A stretch of DNA of 64,000 nucleotides, taken from Bdellovibrionales bacterium. GTDB taxonomy: Bacteria; Bdellovibrionota; Bdellovibrionia; Bdellovibrionales; JAKFYE01. Position 1 is the first letter of the stretch. Every line of letters starts with the position of its first letter. The notes below the pieces were generated by a model. That model did no database searches, had not been told where the DNA came from, and saw only the letters and a program-made list of their open reading frames with translations. The stretch is from positions 1,499,992-1,563,991 of the forward strand of contig OZ220494.1 of the NCBI GenBank assembly GCA_965116215.1. The letters are read 5' to 3'. The position numbers and the translations under genes were made by a program. Below, piece by piece: positions 38,947 through 49,055 of the stretch.

Positions 38947-39577
38947 TTTTTTTTGTATCCAGTCCTAAAGCCTGTGCATAAGAAACAACAAACCCTCTTA
39001 TAAAAACAGGAGCGGGCAAACATTCAAAGGTATTTTCCTCGATGGCTTTAAGGTAGCTGATATTGACTTTGCTTGTAGAACTAAGCATTTCAATGCCTAT
39101 ATTTTTTGATTCCCTTATCTTTTTTAAAAGTGATCCGTCCAGCATTTCTATTTTTGATGTATCAAAAGGTGGCTCCACTTCTTTAGTTTCTGTTATTTTT
39201 TCTCTTTTAATAGAATTTGATTCTAATTTATCAAATAAGGATTGTGCAGACTCTTCTTTGATTGTGTAATTATTTTTTATCATATTTGAATATTTCTCTA
39301 AGAGCTCGTTTTGAGATTTTTTATATTCTGAAGTAATTTCTTTTTTAGGAAGAGACTTATTGTGTTCTAATGTTTTAGATCTAAGGACTTCATAGGCTTC
39401 GTCGAGTAATATATTTAAATCTTTAATTTCTTGTTCGGTAAAGGTAGAGAGGAGATCACCGTTTTTAGAATTATAAACTTGCTTAGCATTAATATAGGAA
39501 TTATGAATTTCTTCTTTGGTAAAATAAGGATGAGCTTCTAAGATATCATAATAGATTTGTTCTGAGTATGATTCCAT
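38900..39577 (-). CDS. Cytoplasmic protein with degenerate J-like N-terminus and RodZ-type HTH C-terminus
   Basis: N-terminus YYDILEAHPYFTKEEIHNSYINAKQVYNSKNGD (J-domain-like, no HPD). C-terminus LKKIRESKNIGIEMLSSTSKVNISYLKAIEENTFECLPAPVFIRGFVVSYAQALGLD (same HTH type as 17030..17827). No TM. Confidence 0.5.
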   Translation of the reverse strand: MESYSEQIYYDILEAHPYFTKEEIHNSYINAKQVYNSKNGDLLSTFTEQEIKDLNILLDEAYEVLRSKTLEHNKSLPKKEITSEYKKSQNELLEKYSNMIKNNYTIKEESAQSLFDKLESNSIKREKITETKEVEPPFDTSKIEMLDGSLLKKIRESKNIGIEMLSSTSKVNISYLKAIEENTFECLPAPVFIRGFVVSYAQALGLDTKKIANSYMAFYKKTTQI

Positions 39578-39787
39578 TTCTTATATTGTATTATAAAATA
39601 GATTTTCTAGTAAGTTTTAAGAAAAAGAGGTCTAGTGGTTGTTTTAAAACTCTTTATTCTTATAAAAAAATCTTTGGTTTTGGATTAATAAACATTTCAA
39701 TTTCAAGATGAATCTTCTCTTTTACAAAAAAGTTTTCATATGAGATGAGCTTTGAATATTATATACAAATTATTCTTTAAAAATGTG

Positions 39788-40501
39788 TTAGGGTTTTAAT
39801 AAACCTCTCTTTAGTTTTTCTTCAGCAGCCGATGGGCGGATATAAAATGCGTTTATTGCTTCCCATGATTGGCCTACAGGACAATTATCTAGATGAGAGG
39901 CTTGTAAAGCTAGAGTCACTGCAGAGGGATAATCTTTGTGTTGGGAAGTTCTAATGAGATTTTTTTTGAGGTTCTCTGAAAATAAGTGGTGATAGCTTTG
40001 AAAGCCATTACCTAGACAAATGTGTTGCTCATTAATTTCCTGTTCTAAATTGGAAGCCTCAATCACTTCAATAGGAGAAAGCCATTCCCATAACCCCCTT
40101 CTTTGTTTCATTCGACGCCTGAAGAGCTTACCCCCTTGGGCATTATTAATAATGAGTAGAGGCTTTGATGATTCAACGGCAAATCCTATAGTATCTAATG
40201 TATTAAATAAGAAAGCTTTTTTTGAAAAAATATAGCAAAAGGTTTTTGTGATATTTAAGCCTATACGAATGCCAGTGAAACTTCCAGGGCCAACAGAACA
40301 TGAAAAATAATCTATATCTTCTATTTTTAAATTTATTTCTTTCAGGAGGTTTTGTATAAAGGGTGTTGTTACTTCTCCGTGGGATGTATTGCGTGTCCAA
40401 TGGAATTCTTTTCTAATTTTTCCATCTATGGCAAGAGCAACGCTACCTACTTGAGTACTTGTTTCTACTGCAAGGATTTTCATTTTAAAAACTGAAAACA
40501 C
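39788..40501 (-). CDS. tsaB: tRNA t6A37 biosynthesis protein TsaB (YeaZ)
   Basis: ILAVETST ... VGPGSFTGIRIGL, 237 aa. Confidence 0.8.
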   Translation of the reverse strand: MFSVFKMKILAVETSTQVGSVALAIDGKIRKEFHWTRNTSHGEVTTPFIQNLLKEINLKIEDIDYFSCSVGPGSFTGIRIGLNITKTFCYIFSKKAFLFNTLDTIGFAVESSKPLLIINNAQGGKLFRRRMKQRRGLWEWLSPIEVIEASNLEQEINEQHICLGNGFQSYHHLFSENLKKNLIRTSQHKDYPSAVTLALQASHLDNCPVGQSWEAINAFYIRPSAAEEKLKRGLLKP

Positions 40502-42242
40502 GAAGAATGTCGTTAAATAAGGCTAAAACCATTAAACATAGAAGAAGTATAAGACCTACTTGTTGAGCTATTTCCATTTTTCTCATGCTTAAAGGCGCAC
40601 CTCTAAGAGCTTCAATAATGAAGAAAACCAAATGCCCTCCATCTAAAACAGGTATAGGTAAAAGATTTAATATAAAGAGATTGAGGGAAATAATAGCCAT
40701 AATTTTTAAGAAAGGGACAATCCCTATTTTAAATGTTTCGCTAGCTAGTTGGCCGATCATAATGGGTCCCCCAATGGACTTGGTCGAAACTTTGTTTTGG
40801 ATGAGCCTTAAAAAACCAACACAAATGTTTTTAGTCCATTCAAGAGTTTTTATTATCCCTTCCTTTGTAGCAATAATGGGATTGTTTGTTCGATGGATAA
40901 AAGTCATTGGTTTGGCTGAAGAGAGAGTCCCCAATATCCCAAGGGCATATGCTTTCTTTTCTTTTCCACTCATGGGATCTGTTTGAGAGGTTTTCTTAGG
41001 AGTTATATTGTGCTTTTTAAGATCCCCTTTTCTATAGACAGTAATATTTAATGTTTCTATTTTATCAGGGTTAAATGATCTGACTGTTTTTACGAGTTGA
41101 GTCCACCCAAGTATACGAATATCATTTACAGACCAGATCATATCTCCTTTTTCTATTCCGGCAGCTAGAGCGGCTGAGTCTTCCATAACTTTCGAGATGA
41201 AAAGTTCTGCGGGTCCAATTCCCAGAGAGAAAAATAAATCATTAGCACTTTTATTTTGAGGATCGATGGGGATTTCTATAGTCTCTGTTGTTGTCTTATC
41301 ATTTTTAAGGCTGCGCTTGATCTTTAGAGAGAGTGTTTCTTTTTGTTCCTCCAAGGCTGTATTGACATGATCTATAAGTTCTACCCATCGAGTGACTTTC
41401 TCTTGGCCTATAGCTGTGATGATGTCATTGGTCTTAAGTCCTGTCTGTTTTGTTAACTCTGGTCGAAAGACGCCAATCATCGTTCCCTTAAAGGTATAGT
41501 CGAGCCCCTCAATATGCCCAACGTGAGACTCTGACTTTAAAACATTCTTATTTTCTGTGAGAGTCGTTGTGCCTTTAAGAGCAAGACCTTGCCCTTTTCT
41601 TGATATCTTAAATTCAATAGGGTTTTTGTTGTTTTTCTCAATGATAGTTTTAACATCATTCCATGTGTAGACAGGTGTTCCATTAACGGTTTCAATTTCG
41701 TCATAAGTTTGAAAGCCCATTTTATAGGCTTCAGATGAAGGATTGATATCTCCAACAACGGGTGAGAGGAGTTTTTCTCCTATTAAGGCTATTGCAAAAA
41801 ATAACAGAATAGCAAAGAAAAAATTCATTAAGGGTCCTGCAAGCACAATGGCGATCCGTTGACCAACTGTTTTATTGAGAAAAGAGACCTTTTTCATATC
41901 ATCAGGAACGTCTGCTGTTGGATCATCTCCATACATTTTTACATAACCGCCAAAAGGAATTAGAGATATGCAGTATTCAGTATCTCCTCTTTTAAATTTA
42001 AAAAACTTTTTTCCAAAACCTAAAGAGAAAACTTCAACACGAACGCCACAATATTTGGCGACTAAGAAATGTCCCAGTTCATGCACAAAAATTAATAACC
42101 CTAATAAAATAATAAGGGGAACTATAAAGGAAACGCCTTGTTGGACGTAATGAGCAAGTATATCCATTAGAATATCATAAACATTGGGCTCAGAGGTTAC
42201 AATCAATGCCTTATCATTACATTGCAGTTTGTCGTTATTCAA
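40485..42242 (-). CDS. rseP: RIP (site-2) zinc metalloprotease RseP, long form with an extended PDZ region
   Basis: HELGHF zinc motif, NLLPIPVLDGGH C-terminal motif and PDZ-like blocks (GDMIWSVND, NDIITAIG). Synteny with cdsA. Confidence 0.85.
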   Translation of the reverse strand: MNNDKLQCNDKALIVTSEPNVYDILMDILAHYVQQGVSFIVPLIILLGLLIFVHELGHFLVAKYCGVRVEVFSLGFGKKFFKFKRGDTEYCISLIPFGGYVKMYGDDPTADVPDDMKKVSFLNKTVGQRIAIVLAGPLMNFFFAILLFFAIALIGEKLLSPVVGDINPSSEAYKMGFQTYDEIETVNGTPVYTWNDVKTIIEKNNKNPIEFKISRKGQGLALKGTTTLTENKNVLKSESHVGHIEGLDYTFKGTMIGVFRPELTKQTGLKTNDIITAIGQEKVTRWVELIDHVNTALEEQKETLSLKIKRSLKNDKTTTETIEIPIDPQNKSANDLFFSLGIGPAELFISKVMEDSAALAAGIEKGDMIWSVNDIRILGWTQLVKTVRSFNPDKIETLNITVYRKGDLKKHNITPKKTSQTDPMSGKEKKAYALGILGTLSSAKPMTFIHRTNNPIIATKEGIIKTLEWTKNICVGFLRLIQNKVSTKSIGGPIMIGQLASETFKIGIVPFLKIMAIISLNLFILNLLPIPVLDGGHLVFFIIEALRGAPLSMRKMEIAQQVGLILLLCLMVLALFNDILRVFSF

Positions 42243-42247
42243 ATTTT

Positions 42248-43051
42248 TTACATAAAAAATTTATAAAGATATAAGATAGGGGCGGCGAAGAGGAGTCCAT
42301 CAATACGATCTAAAACACCACCATGCCCGGCCATAAAATATCCGCTGTGTTTGACTTCAGCGACTCTCTTTAGGACGGACTCAAAAATATCTCCCATAGG
42401 GCTCAATATCCCCATCAGCAGTCCTAATAGGAGGGCTGTTTCCAATGGGATAAATAGCCAAAGAAGGTGATTGAGAGTAAGAAAAGCAATAACAGAGGCT
42501 AAGACTCCTCCAAGAGCACCCTCCATAGACTTATTTGGAGAAATTGTTTTGACTAAAGGGTGTTTTCCAAAAGTGCTTCCTATACAATAGGCAGTGATGT
42601 CATTAACAAAAACAGTTGTTGTCAGAAGAACAAACCACTGTAGCCCATCTTCCCATGTGAGAGGGGTTAAAATGAGTCCGCATAAATAACCCGTATAGAG
42701 AAAACCAAAGAGTCCATTTTTTGAAAATCTGAGTTTTTCCTTATTGGACCAGTGAGGATTTAGTAAAAGCGATAGACTTATAAATGATATAGAGCACAAT
42801 GCAAATAGAGAAGAAATGAATTCAGAACTATAAATTGTACATAAAGTGATAGCAAAAGAGTGAGTAACAAATAAAAGTAAAGATAGGAAAGAAGTCTTCT
42901 GTTTGAAGAGGTAGTTTAATTCCACTTGCGCTATAAAAGCAATACATAGACCAAGGATTAGAATTCCCGTTTCCTCAGCAATAAACCAGGAGAGCGTAAA
43001 TACGCCTAAAGCTATAAAAGTGGATAGAGTTCTTTTTCCTAATGCGAGCAT
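42248..43051 (-). CDS. cdsA: Phosphatidate cytidylyltransferase
   Basis: Signature SMEGALGG ... KRVAEVKHSGYFMAGHGGVLDRIDG. Confidence 0.87.
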   Translation of the reverse strand: MLALGKRTLSTFIALGVFTLSWFIAEETGILILGLCIAFIAQVELNYLFKQKTSFLSLLLFVTHSFAITLCTIYSSEFISSLFALCSISFISLSLLLNPHWSNKEKLRFSKNGLFGFLYTGYLCGLILTPLTWEDGLQWFVLLTTTVFVNDITAYCIGSTFGKHPLVKTISPNKSMEGALGGVLASVIAFLTLNHLLWLFIPLETALLLGLLMGILSPMGDIFESVLKRVAEVKHSGYFMAGHGGVLDRIDGLLFAAPILYLYKFFM

Positions 43052-43782
43052 TCAAGTTCCATAGGTTGGGTAGGTTGGGACTCTTTTCCAAAACGGCGTT
43101 CCCGGGTTTTAAATATATTTAATAAATATAAGAGGTCATGTTCTGTGAAATCAGGCCACAAGGTTTTTGTAGTAATAAATTCTGTATAAGCTGATTGCCA
43201 TAGGAGAAAATTAGATAAACGATTTTCTCCACTTGTTCGTATAATCAGATCAGGGTCAGGTATCCCAGATGTCCAAAGCTGAGAGGAAAATAAATCTTCA
43301 TTAATATCTTCAATGTTTAACTGACCCTTTTGAACGTCAGTAGCTATTCGCTTTACGGTGTCAATAATTTCCTGACGTGAGCCATAATTGAATGCAATGG
43401 TCAGTTTTAGACCTGTGTTCTGTTTAGAGGCCTCCATGACACTGGCGATTTCTTTTTGTATATCTATCGGTAATGGATCCGAGAAACCAATACATTGTAG
43501 GTTTATATTTTTTTTAACAAGGTTTTCTTTATCTCTCTTTAAATAATGTAATAAGATTTTTATAAGAGCATTCACTTCTTCTTTTGATCGCTTCCAATTT
43601 TCAGTACTAAATGCAAAAAGAGTCAGATGTTTTAATCCAATTTCAACAGCTTTTTCAACTATGCGTTTGGCGGCTTTACTTCCTCTGACATGGCCCCAGA
43701 TACGATGATGTCCTTTTTGGATAGCCCAGCGTCCGTTGCCATCCATAATAATACCTACATGTTGAGGCCATTGTGTATTCAT
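43039..43782 (-). CDS. uppS: Undecaprenyl-diphosphate synthase (isoprenyl transferase)
   Basis: HVGIIMDGNGRWA, FSTENWKR and IRTSGENRLSNFLLWQSAY. Confidence 0.92.
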   Translation of the reverse strand: MNTQWPQHVGIIMDGNGRWAIQKGHHRIWGHVRGSKAAKRIVEKAVEIGLKHLTLFAFSTENWKRSKEEVNALIKILLHYLKRDKENLVKKNINLQCIGFSDPLPIDIQKEIASVMEASKQNTGLKLTIAFNYGSRQEIIDTVKRIATDVQKGQLNIEDINEDLFSSQLWTSGIPDPDLIIRTSGENRLSNFLLWQSAYTEFITTKTLWPDFTEHDLLYLLNIFKTRERRFGKESQPTQPMELECSH

Positions 43783-43783
43783 T

Positions 43784-44347
43784 CTAAATTGTGAGAATAT
43801 CTTTCTCTTTTTTTACACCCATTTCATCTATTTGAGATATAAATGTATCGGTGAGTTTCTGTATCTTATTTTGAAAATTTTTACTGTCGTCTTCAGAAAT
43901 TTCCTTATCTTTCAATAAATGTTTGATTTTATTATTCGCTTCTTGACGATGCAATCTTATTGATACTCTTGTATCTTCAATAAGTTTTTTGACATTTTTT
44001 ACAAGCTCTTTTCGTCTTTCTTCTGTCAAGTTAGGTAGTTTGAGGCGAATGACTTTTCCATCATTAATAGGAGTCATTCCAATATCACTTTTAATAATAC
44101 TTTGTTCAATTTCTTTGAGCATTGAAATTTCCCATGGGACAATCAAAAAAGATTTTGCATCAGGACAGCTAACAGCAGCTACTTGGCTAAGGGGAGAAGG
44201 GGTTCCATAATATTCTATCTTAATAGAATCTAGTATGGAAACGTTTGCTTTTCCTGTGCGGACTTTAGAAATCTGATTTTTTAAAGAGGTTATTGATTTT
44301 TCCATACTCTTTTGTGTGTCTTTATAGATATTATCAATCATTATCAC
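43784..44347 (-). CDS. frr: Ribosome recycling factor
   Basis: [19 protein letters not shown] ... [14 protein letters not shown]. Conserved pyrH-frr order. Confidence 0.95.
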   Translation of the reverse strand: MIMIDNIYKDTQKSMEKSITSLKNQISKVRTGKANVSILDSIKIEYYGTPSPLSQVAAVSCPDAKSFLIVPWEISMLKEIEQSIIKSDIGMTPINDGKVIRLKLPNLTEERRKELVKNVKKLIEDTRVSIRLHRQEANNKIKHLLKDKEISEDDSKNFQNKIQKLTDTFISQIDEMGVKKEKDILTI

Positions 44348-45062
44348 ATCCTCTAATCATTGTTCCTATTTTTTCGCCTAAAACAGCACGTTTTATATTG
44401 CCAGAGATGTTCAAATTAAAAATAAGGATGGGTAATTTATTTTCCATACATAAACTAATAGCTGTAGAGTCCATCACCTTTAATTGCTTTTGAAGGACAT
44501 CTATATATTTGAGTTTCTCATATTTTTGTGCAGTAGGATGATCTGTAGGGTCTTTGTCAAACACGCCATCTACCTTGGTGGCTTTAAAGATAATATCAGC
44601 GTTGATTTCCATAGCTCTGAGGGCAGCGGCTGTGTCTGTTGTGAAGTATGGATTTCCAGTTCCTGATGCAAATATGACTAGACGATCTCTTTCTAGATGT
44701 CTTATTGCGCGTCGACGAATATAGGGCTCTGCGATTTCTGCCATTTCGATAGCTGATTGAACACGTGTTTGTATACCTAAATTCTCTAGAGCTTCTTGTA
44801 AGGCCAGAGCATTAATACATGTGGCTAACATACCCATGTAATCGGAATTGGCTCTATCCATACCGTAGGTTGAAGCGGCTACTCCTCTGAAAATATTGCC
44901 ACCACCAATAACAACTCCAATTTCTAATTTTAATTGAAAAATTTCAGCAATTTCTTTTGCAATTCTTTGAATGACTTCTGGTTGTATTCCATAACCATTT
45001 TGCCCTGTGAGGGCTTCACCACTGATCTTTAATAAAATACGTTTGTAAATAGGGGTTTTCAA
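44334..45062 (-). CDS. pyrH: UMP kinase
   Basis: [18 protein letters not shown] and [16 protein letters not shown]. Confidence 0.95.
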   Translation of the reverse strand: MKTPIYKRILLKISGEALTGQNGYGIQPEVIQRIAKEIAEIFQLKLEIGVVIGGGNIFRGVAASTYGMDRANSDYMGMLATCINALALQEALENLGIQTRVQSAIEMAEIAEPYIRRRAIRHLERDRLVIFASGTGNPYFTTDTAAALRAMEINADIIFKATKVDGVFDKDPTDHPTAQKYEKLKYIDVLQKQLKVMDSTAISLCMENKLPILIFNLNISGNIKRAVLGEKIGTMIRGCDND

Positions 45063-45064
45063 TT

Positions 45065-45715
45065 TTATACCTTTAAAGCTTGAGCCACTTCTTCTGCAAA
45101 GTTCTCTGATTTTTTTTCTATTCCTTCCCCGAGTTCAAAACGAGAAAATCTGCGGATAACAATATTCTCACCAATACTGGCTATTGTTTGTTTTAACAGA
45201 TCACCTACAGTCATATCTGGATCTTTAATATACTTTTGAGTGACAAGTACATGTTCTGTTTTCCATTTTTTAATTTGTCCAGATACAATCTGATCTAAGA
45301 TCTCTTTCTTCTTTCCTTGTTCTTGTGCTTTAGATTTTAAAATTTTGATCTCTTTTTCTACTAGAGAGGGGTCTAGCTCATCGGTATGAACACATAAAGG
45401 ATTTGCTGCAGCTATGTGCATCGAGATATTTTTTACAAAATCTTTGAATTTTTCATTTTTTGCGACAAAGTCTGTTTCCGAATTGATTTCAACAAGCACT
45501 CCAATACGTCCTTCACCATGAATATAACTGGCGACTAGTCCTTCAGTTGCAATACGTCCTGCTTTTTTTGCAGCAGCACTCAATCCCTTTTTTCTGAGCC
45601 ATTCAATAGCTTTGTCTACATTGCCAGAATTTTCCATAAGGGCTTTCTTACAGTCCATCATGCCCGATCCAGTTCTTTCACGTAATTCTCTAACAACTTT
45701 TGCTGTTACAGACAT
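45065..45715 (-). CDS. tsf: Elongation factor Ts (short form)
   Basis: [22 protein letters not shown]-like N-terminus. At 216 aa it is the short EF-Ts class. Confidence 0.9.
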   Translation of the reverse strand: MSVTAKVVRELRERTGSGMMDCKKALMENSGNVDKAIEWLRKKGLSAAAKKAGRIATEGLVASYIHGEGRIGVLVEINSETDFVAKNEKFKDFVKNISMHIAAANPLCVHTDELDPSLVEKEIKILKSKAQEQGKKKEILDQIVSGQIKKWKTEHVLVTQKYIKDPDMTVGDLLKQTIASIGENIVIRRFSRFELGEGIEKKSENFAEEVAQALKV

Positions 45716-45769
45716 ATGTTTTTCTCCTCTATATTGAATGCAATAAAAAGTATTTTAAATTTTAGTTTC

Positions 45770-46705
45770 CTAGTCTTGTCCAGCGGTGTCATCTTTTTCA
45801 ATAATGTCGCCCTCTTTGTTTTCCATTGATTCCGACTCTAATTCCATCTCAATTTCAACTTCTTCTGCGGTTCCTGCTGCAACGAATTTACGATTTGTAA
45901 CTTTCACGACAGAAGGTCGTGAATCATCTACTTTTTTCTCTTTGTCTGTTTCTGGTTTTTCCCGGCCTTTGGCTTTGGTTTTTTCTTCTGCTTGTTCTGA
46001 GAATTTGTGTTTATTGGCATCCCACTCCTTAGCTCCTTCTTTATACGCTTCAGTGACCAATTGACAAAAAAGTTTGATCGATCGGATGGCATCATCGTTT
46101 CCGGGTATCGGAAAATCAACAGTCTCAGGATTTGTATTTGTATCTACGATAGCTATGACAGGAATTTGAAGACGTCGTGCTTCGGCAACGGCAATATGTT
46201 CTTTCTTAATATCTACAACAAACATAATGCCAGGAGGCTCTTTCATCTTTCTAATCCCCTCAAGGCATTCATTCAGTTTTGTATATTCTTTATTTATCCG
46301 TGCTCTTTCTTTTTTATTGAAATATTCAAGTTCCCCTTTTTCTTTCATCAAGTCTATTTTATGAAGACGGTCGATACTTGTTTTTATTGTTGTAAAATTT
46401 GTTAAAGTTCCACCCAGCCATCGTTTGGTTACAAAGAATTGATCACAACTTTTAGCGGCCTCTTGGATAGAAGTCACAGCTTGTTTTTTTGTGCCTACGA
46501 AAATGATTTTGTCCCCTTGAGCTGCTCTTTTTTTTATAAAATCTAAAGCCCTTTGAGTTGCATGTACTGTTTTTTGAAGATCAATAATGTGGATGCCTCC
46601 ACGTACACCAAACACGTAGGGCTTCATTTTGGGATTCCATCTTTGTGTTTGGTGCCCAAAGTGGACTCCAGCGTCTAACATTTCTTTCATTGTGACCTGT
46701 GACAT
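45770..46705 (-). CDS. rpsB: 30S ribosomal protein S2 with charged C-terminal extension
   Basis: AGVHFGHQTQRWNPKM and the rest of the S2 core. About 70 extra C-terminal residues are rich in E, K and D. Confidence 0.95.
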   Translation of the reverse strand: MSQVTMKEMLDAGVHFGHQTQRWNPKMKPYVFGVRGGIHIIDLQKTVHATQRALDFIKKRAAQGDKIIFVGTKKQAVTSIQEAAKSCDQFFVTKRWLGGTLTNFTTIKTSIDRLHKIDLMKEKGELEYFNKKERARINKEYTKLNECLEGIRKMKEPPGIMFVVDIKKEHIAVAEARRLQIPVIAIVDTNTNPETVDFPIPGNDDAIRSIKLFCQLVTEAYKEGAKEWDANKHKFSEQAEEKTKAKGREKPETDKEKKVDDSRPSVVKVTNRKFVAAGTAEEVEIEMELESESMENKEGDIIEKDDTAGQD

Positions 46706-47006
46706 AAGACCTCCTGCTCTGGTTTGGCCACCCCTCCGAAAGGAAAATCTTTAAAGACACCAGTGGAGTTTCAGAGGGTGAGTTTATTATATAAAGTGGT
46801 TTAAGTAACATAGTCCACCTCAAGCGTCCAATAGAAATGCTCTTCATTTTATGAGGCTCATGACACTTTGAGTGAAAGGCTCCTATCTTAACTTACTGTA
46901 ATAATTGTAAAAACAAGTATTTTTCCGTTCAAAGAGAGATCAGAGTTTGCATTCCATAAGATATCATCTTCTTTTTTGTTCTCTCAGGGTCTGAAATCAT
47001 TTTTCA

Positions 47007-47495
47007 TTAAAGCTCCTGTAGTTTTATAGTTGATATACATTTATTCATATCTGAAGGATCTAAGAGATCCATAAAAGATAAGATAAGAACTTTTTCTTGA
47101 GAATGTTTATCATTGTCTCTATAAAAACTTCTGAGGTGGAAGAATAGACTCACAGACTGACCTATAACTTTTAATCTAATTTGACTTTGCCCATTTTCAG
47201 CGGAGACTTGACCTATTCCTATTTCTAAGTGTGTTTGGGCATCGTGTAGAGTGACAATGAATGAAGTTTTCTGAGAGTCTCTTTCTAATCGAAATCGGAA
47301 ATAAGCGTGTGAAAATAACGGGTGTGAGAAAGATTTATTATCTAAAGCCCACATCGAGGATTCCAGCTGGTCACCGAGTGGAAAGGGCTCCCCTCCTCCG
47401 ACAAAGTCATTCCAGCATCGAGGAGTTGATGACTTTGCAGTAGATGTCCAGCAACTCCCCAATAGTATAATAAGGACTAGCATTAAATGTTTCAT
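47007..47495 (-). CDS. Hypothetical exported protein or lipoprotein
   Basis: Signal peptide MKHLMLVLIILLGSCW (possible lipobox LGSC). No family recognised. Confidence 0.35.
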   Translation of the reverse strand: MKHLMLVLIILLGSCWTSTAKSSTPRCWNDFVGGGEPFPLGDQLESSMWALDNKSFSHPLFSHAYFRFRLERDSQKTSFIVTLHDAQTHLEIGIGQVSAENGQSQIRLKVIGQSVSLFFHLRSFYRDNDKHSQEKVLILSFMDLLDPSDMNKCISTIKLQEL

Positions 47496-47505
47496 CTTAA
47501 CCCCC

Positions 47506-48627
47506 TTAAGTTTCTAAGCACACCTTGGCTGTTTTATTAAGATAGTAACCATTTTTTGCTCTGAAAATATATTTCGGTTTATCATAATCTGCTTCTATAA
47601 GTCTCCGTAGTCTTTTAATAGTGACATATATTTTGTTGTCATGTGATGAAGGATCATAGCTTTGATTCCAAACCTTTTCTACAATAGATTGTTTGGAAAA
47701 GACATGACCCGGCCGCTTTACAAAGAGATGTAGTAAGTCTAAAAGAATAAACTGATTTTTGAAATCAATTTTGCCCTTCTTTTTTTCAAATAAAGACTTA
47801 GTTGTGGCATTAAAAATCAAGTCATAATTATCTCCACCGACAACACCAAAGTCTTTAAGGGCTTCGTCAAGATCTTCAGAGAGGGTTTTTAAGTTTTCGG
47901 CATCTGTTAATTTCCTAGCTAGCTTGAGATAGAACCCTGCCATTTCTTTTTCACCGATGTCCTTATATGTAATTCCCATGGCATAAAGAAGTTGCAAGTA
48001 CATGAATAAATTTTTTTGAACCTTGATGCTTTCGTAGGCTTTCCAAAAAATTTCAAGAGCTTGTTCATATCGGTTGAGTTTGTAGAGCAAAAAGCCATTG
48101 AGAATTTCTGCTCCTAGCTTCAAATCTTTTAAATCTAAGGCCTGAAAAAAAATTTCGAGATTATAAATTTCACGTAATGCCTTTTCATAATGTCCTTGTT
48201 GACTATAAATAATAGCTAGAGCATGGATGGCATAAGATATGTCCTTTTTATTATTTTTCTCTAGAGCCATGGCTAAGGATTTTTGGAAGTATTCCAATCC
48301 TAAGTCCAATTGCTTTTTATAGACGGCACAGATTCCCAGTGTGTAGTACGTTTTTGCATTCAACTGAAATTTTTCTTTTAATACAAAGTCTTGTAGCGTT
48401 TCTTTTATTTTGTGAATTTCAATGTCATCTTGGCGTTCAGCATATATTCGTAAAAGTAAATTTAAGACTTTTAAATAATTATCAAAATCTTTTGCCTCAA
48501 GGAAAAGCTCTGCTGATTCGGACCCTTTTTGAATGGCTTTGGTAAAATCACAGCGATCTCTATAAAGTTCGCTAAATTCTAACAGAGAGAGTGCAGTTTC
48601 TTTTTGAGTCCTCGTGGAAGGCATCAT
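47506..48627 (-). CDS. TPR-repeat transcriptional regulator with C-terminal OmpR/PhoB-type winged helix
   Basis: N-terminal TPR-like repeats. The C-terminus VFSKQSIVEKVWNQSYDPSSHDNKIYVTIKRLRRLIE ... YIFRAKNGYYL matches trans_reg_C. No receiver domain. Confidence 0.6.
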   Translation of the reverse strand: MMPSTRTQKETALSLLEFSELYRDRCDFTKAIQKGSESAELFLEAKDFDNYLKVLNLLLRIYAERQDDIEIHKIKETLQDFVLKEKFQLNAKTYYTLGICAVYKKQLDLGLEYFQKSLAMALEKNNKKDISYAIHALAIIYSQQGHYEKALREIYNLEIFFQALDLKDLKLGAEILNGFLLYKLNRYEQALEIFWKAYESIKVQKNLFMYLQLLYAMGITYKDIGEKEMAGFYLKLARKLTDAENLKTLSEDLDEALKDFGVVGGDNYDLIFNATTKSLFEKKKGKIDFKNQFILLDLLHLFVKRPGHVFSKQSIVEKVWNQSYDPSSHDNKIYVTIKRLRRLIEADYDKPKYIFRAKNGYYLNKTAKVCLET

Positions 48628-49055
48628 TCCCCCATGTCGATGCGTGAGGGTATTTCTTACAGGATCTTAATAAATGGTCAAGTTTTAAACATTATTTTTT
48701 AGCTTAAAAACTCTCCCCTGTGCTGATAAAAAATCATCTGTGAGTGATCTCTTTTGTGTGGCTTTGAAAAACTCAGATAAAGAGCTTAATTATTAGGCAT
48801 ACTCTTATTGAAATCAATGCTTTAAAGTCGAGGAGATCTCTACGGTTTTAGGACTAAGATTCTTATTAGGGATGTGGACTGGGCTCTACTTTCATTTTAC
48901 GACTCTCAATAATCCCTTCGGAATAGCCGAGGTCCTATTAAGGTTGTGATCTGTTGTGGGCCCATCTTTCATAGGATCTCGTGCTCGATTATTCCTTTTA
49001 GTGGATGGCCCTAAATGGTTGTGAGTTCAAGCTTAATAGCTTTTGTGCTAGAGCT

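Noticed and set aside
45770-45990. Charged C-terminal extension of ribosomal protein S2 as a possible fused gene
   Set aside because: The reading frame is continuous with rpsB, and acidic or basic S2 tails occur in various bacteria. It is not evidence of a separate feature.
46706-47006. Possible rpsB leader regulatory structure upstream of rpsB
   Set aside because: I could not identify a convincing conserved pseudoknot or hairpin by eye. It would need a covariance-model search.
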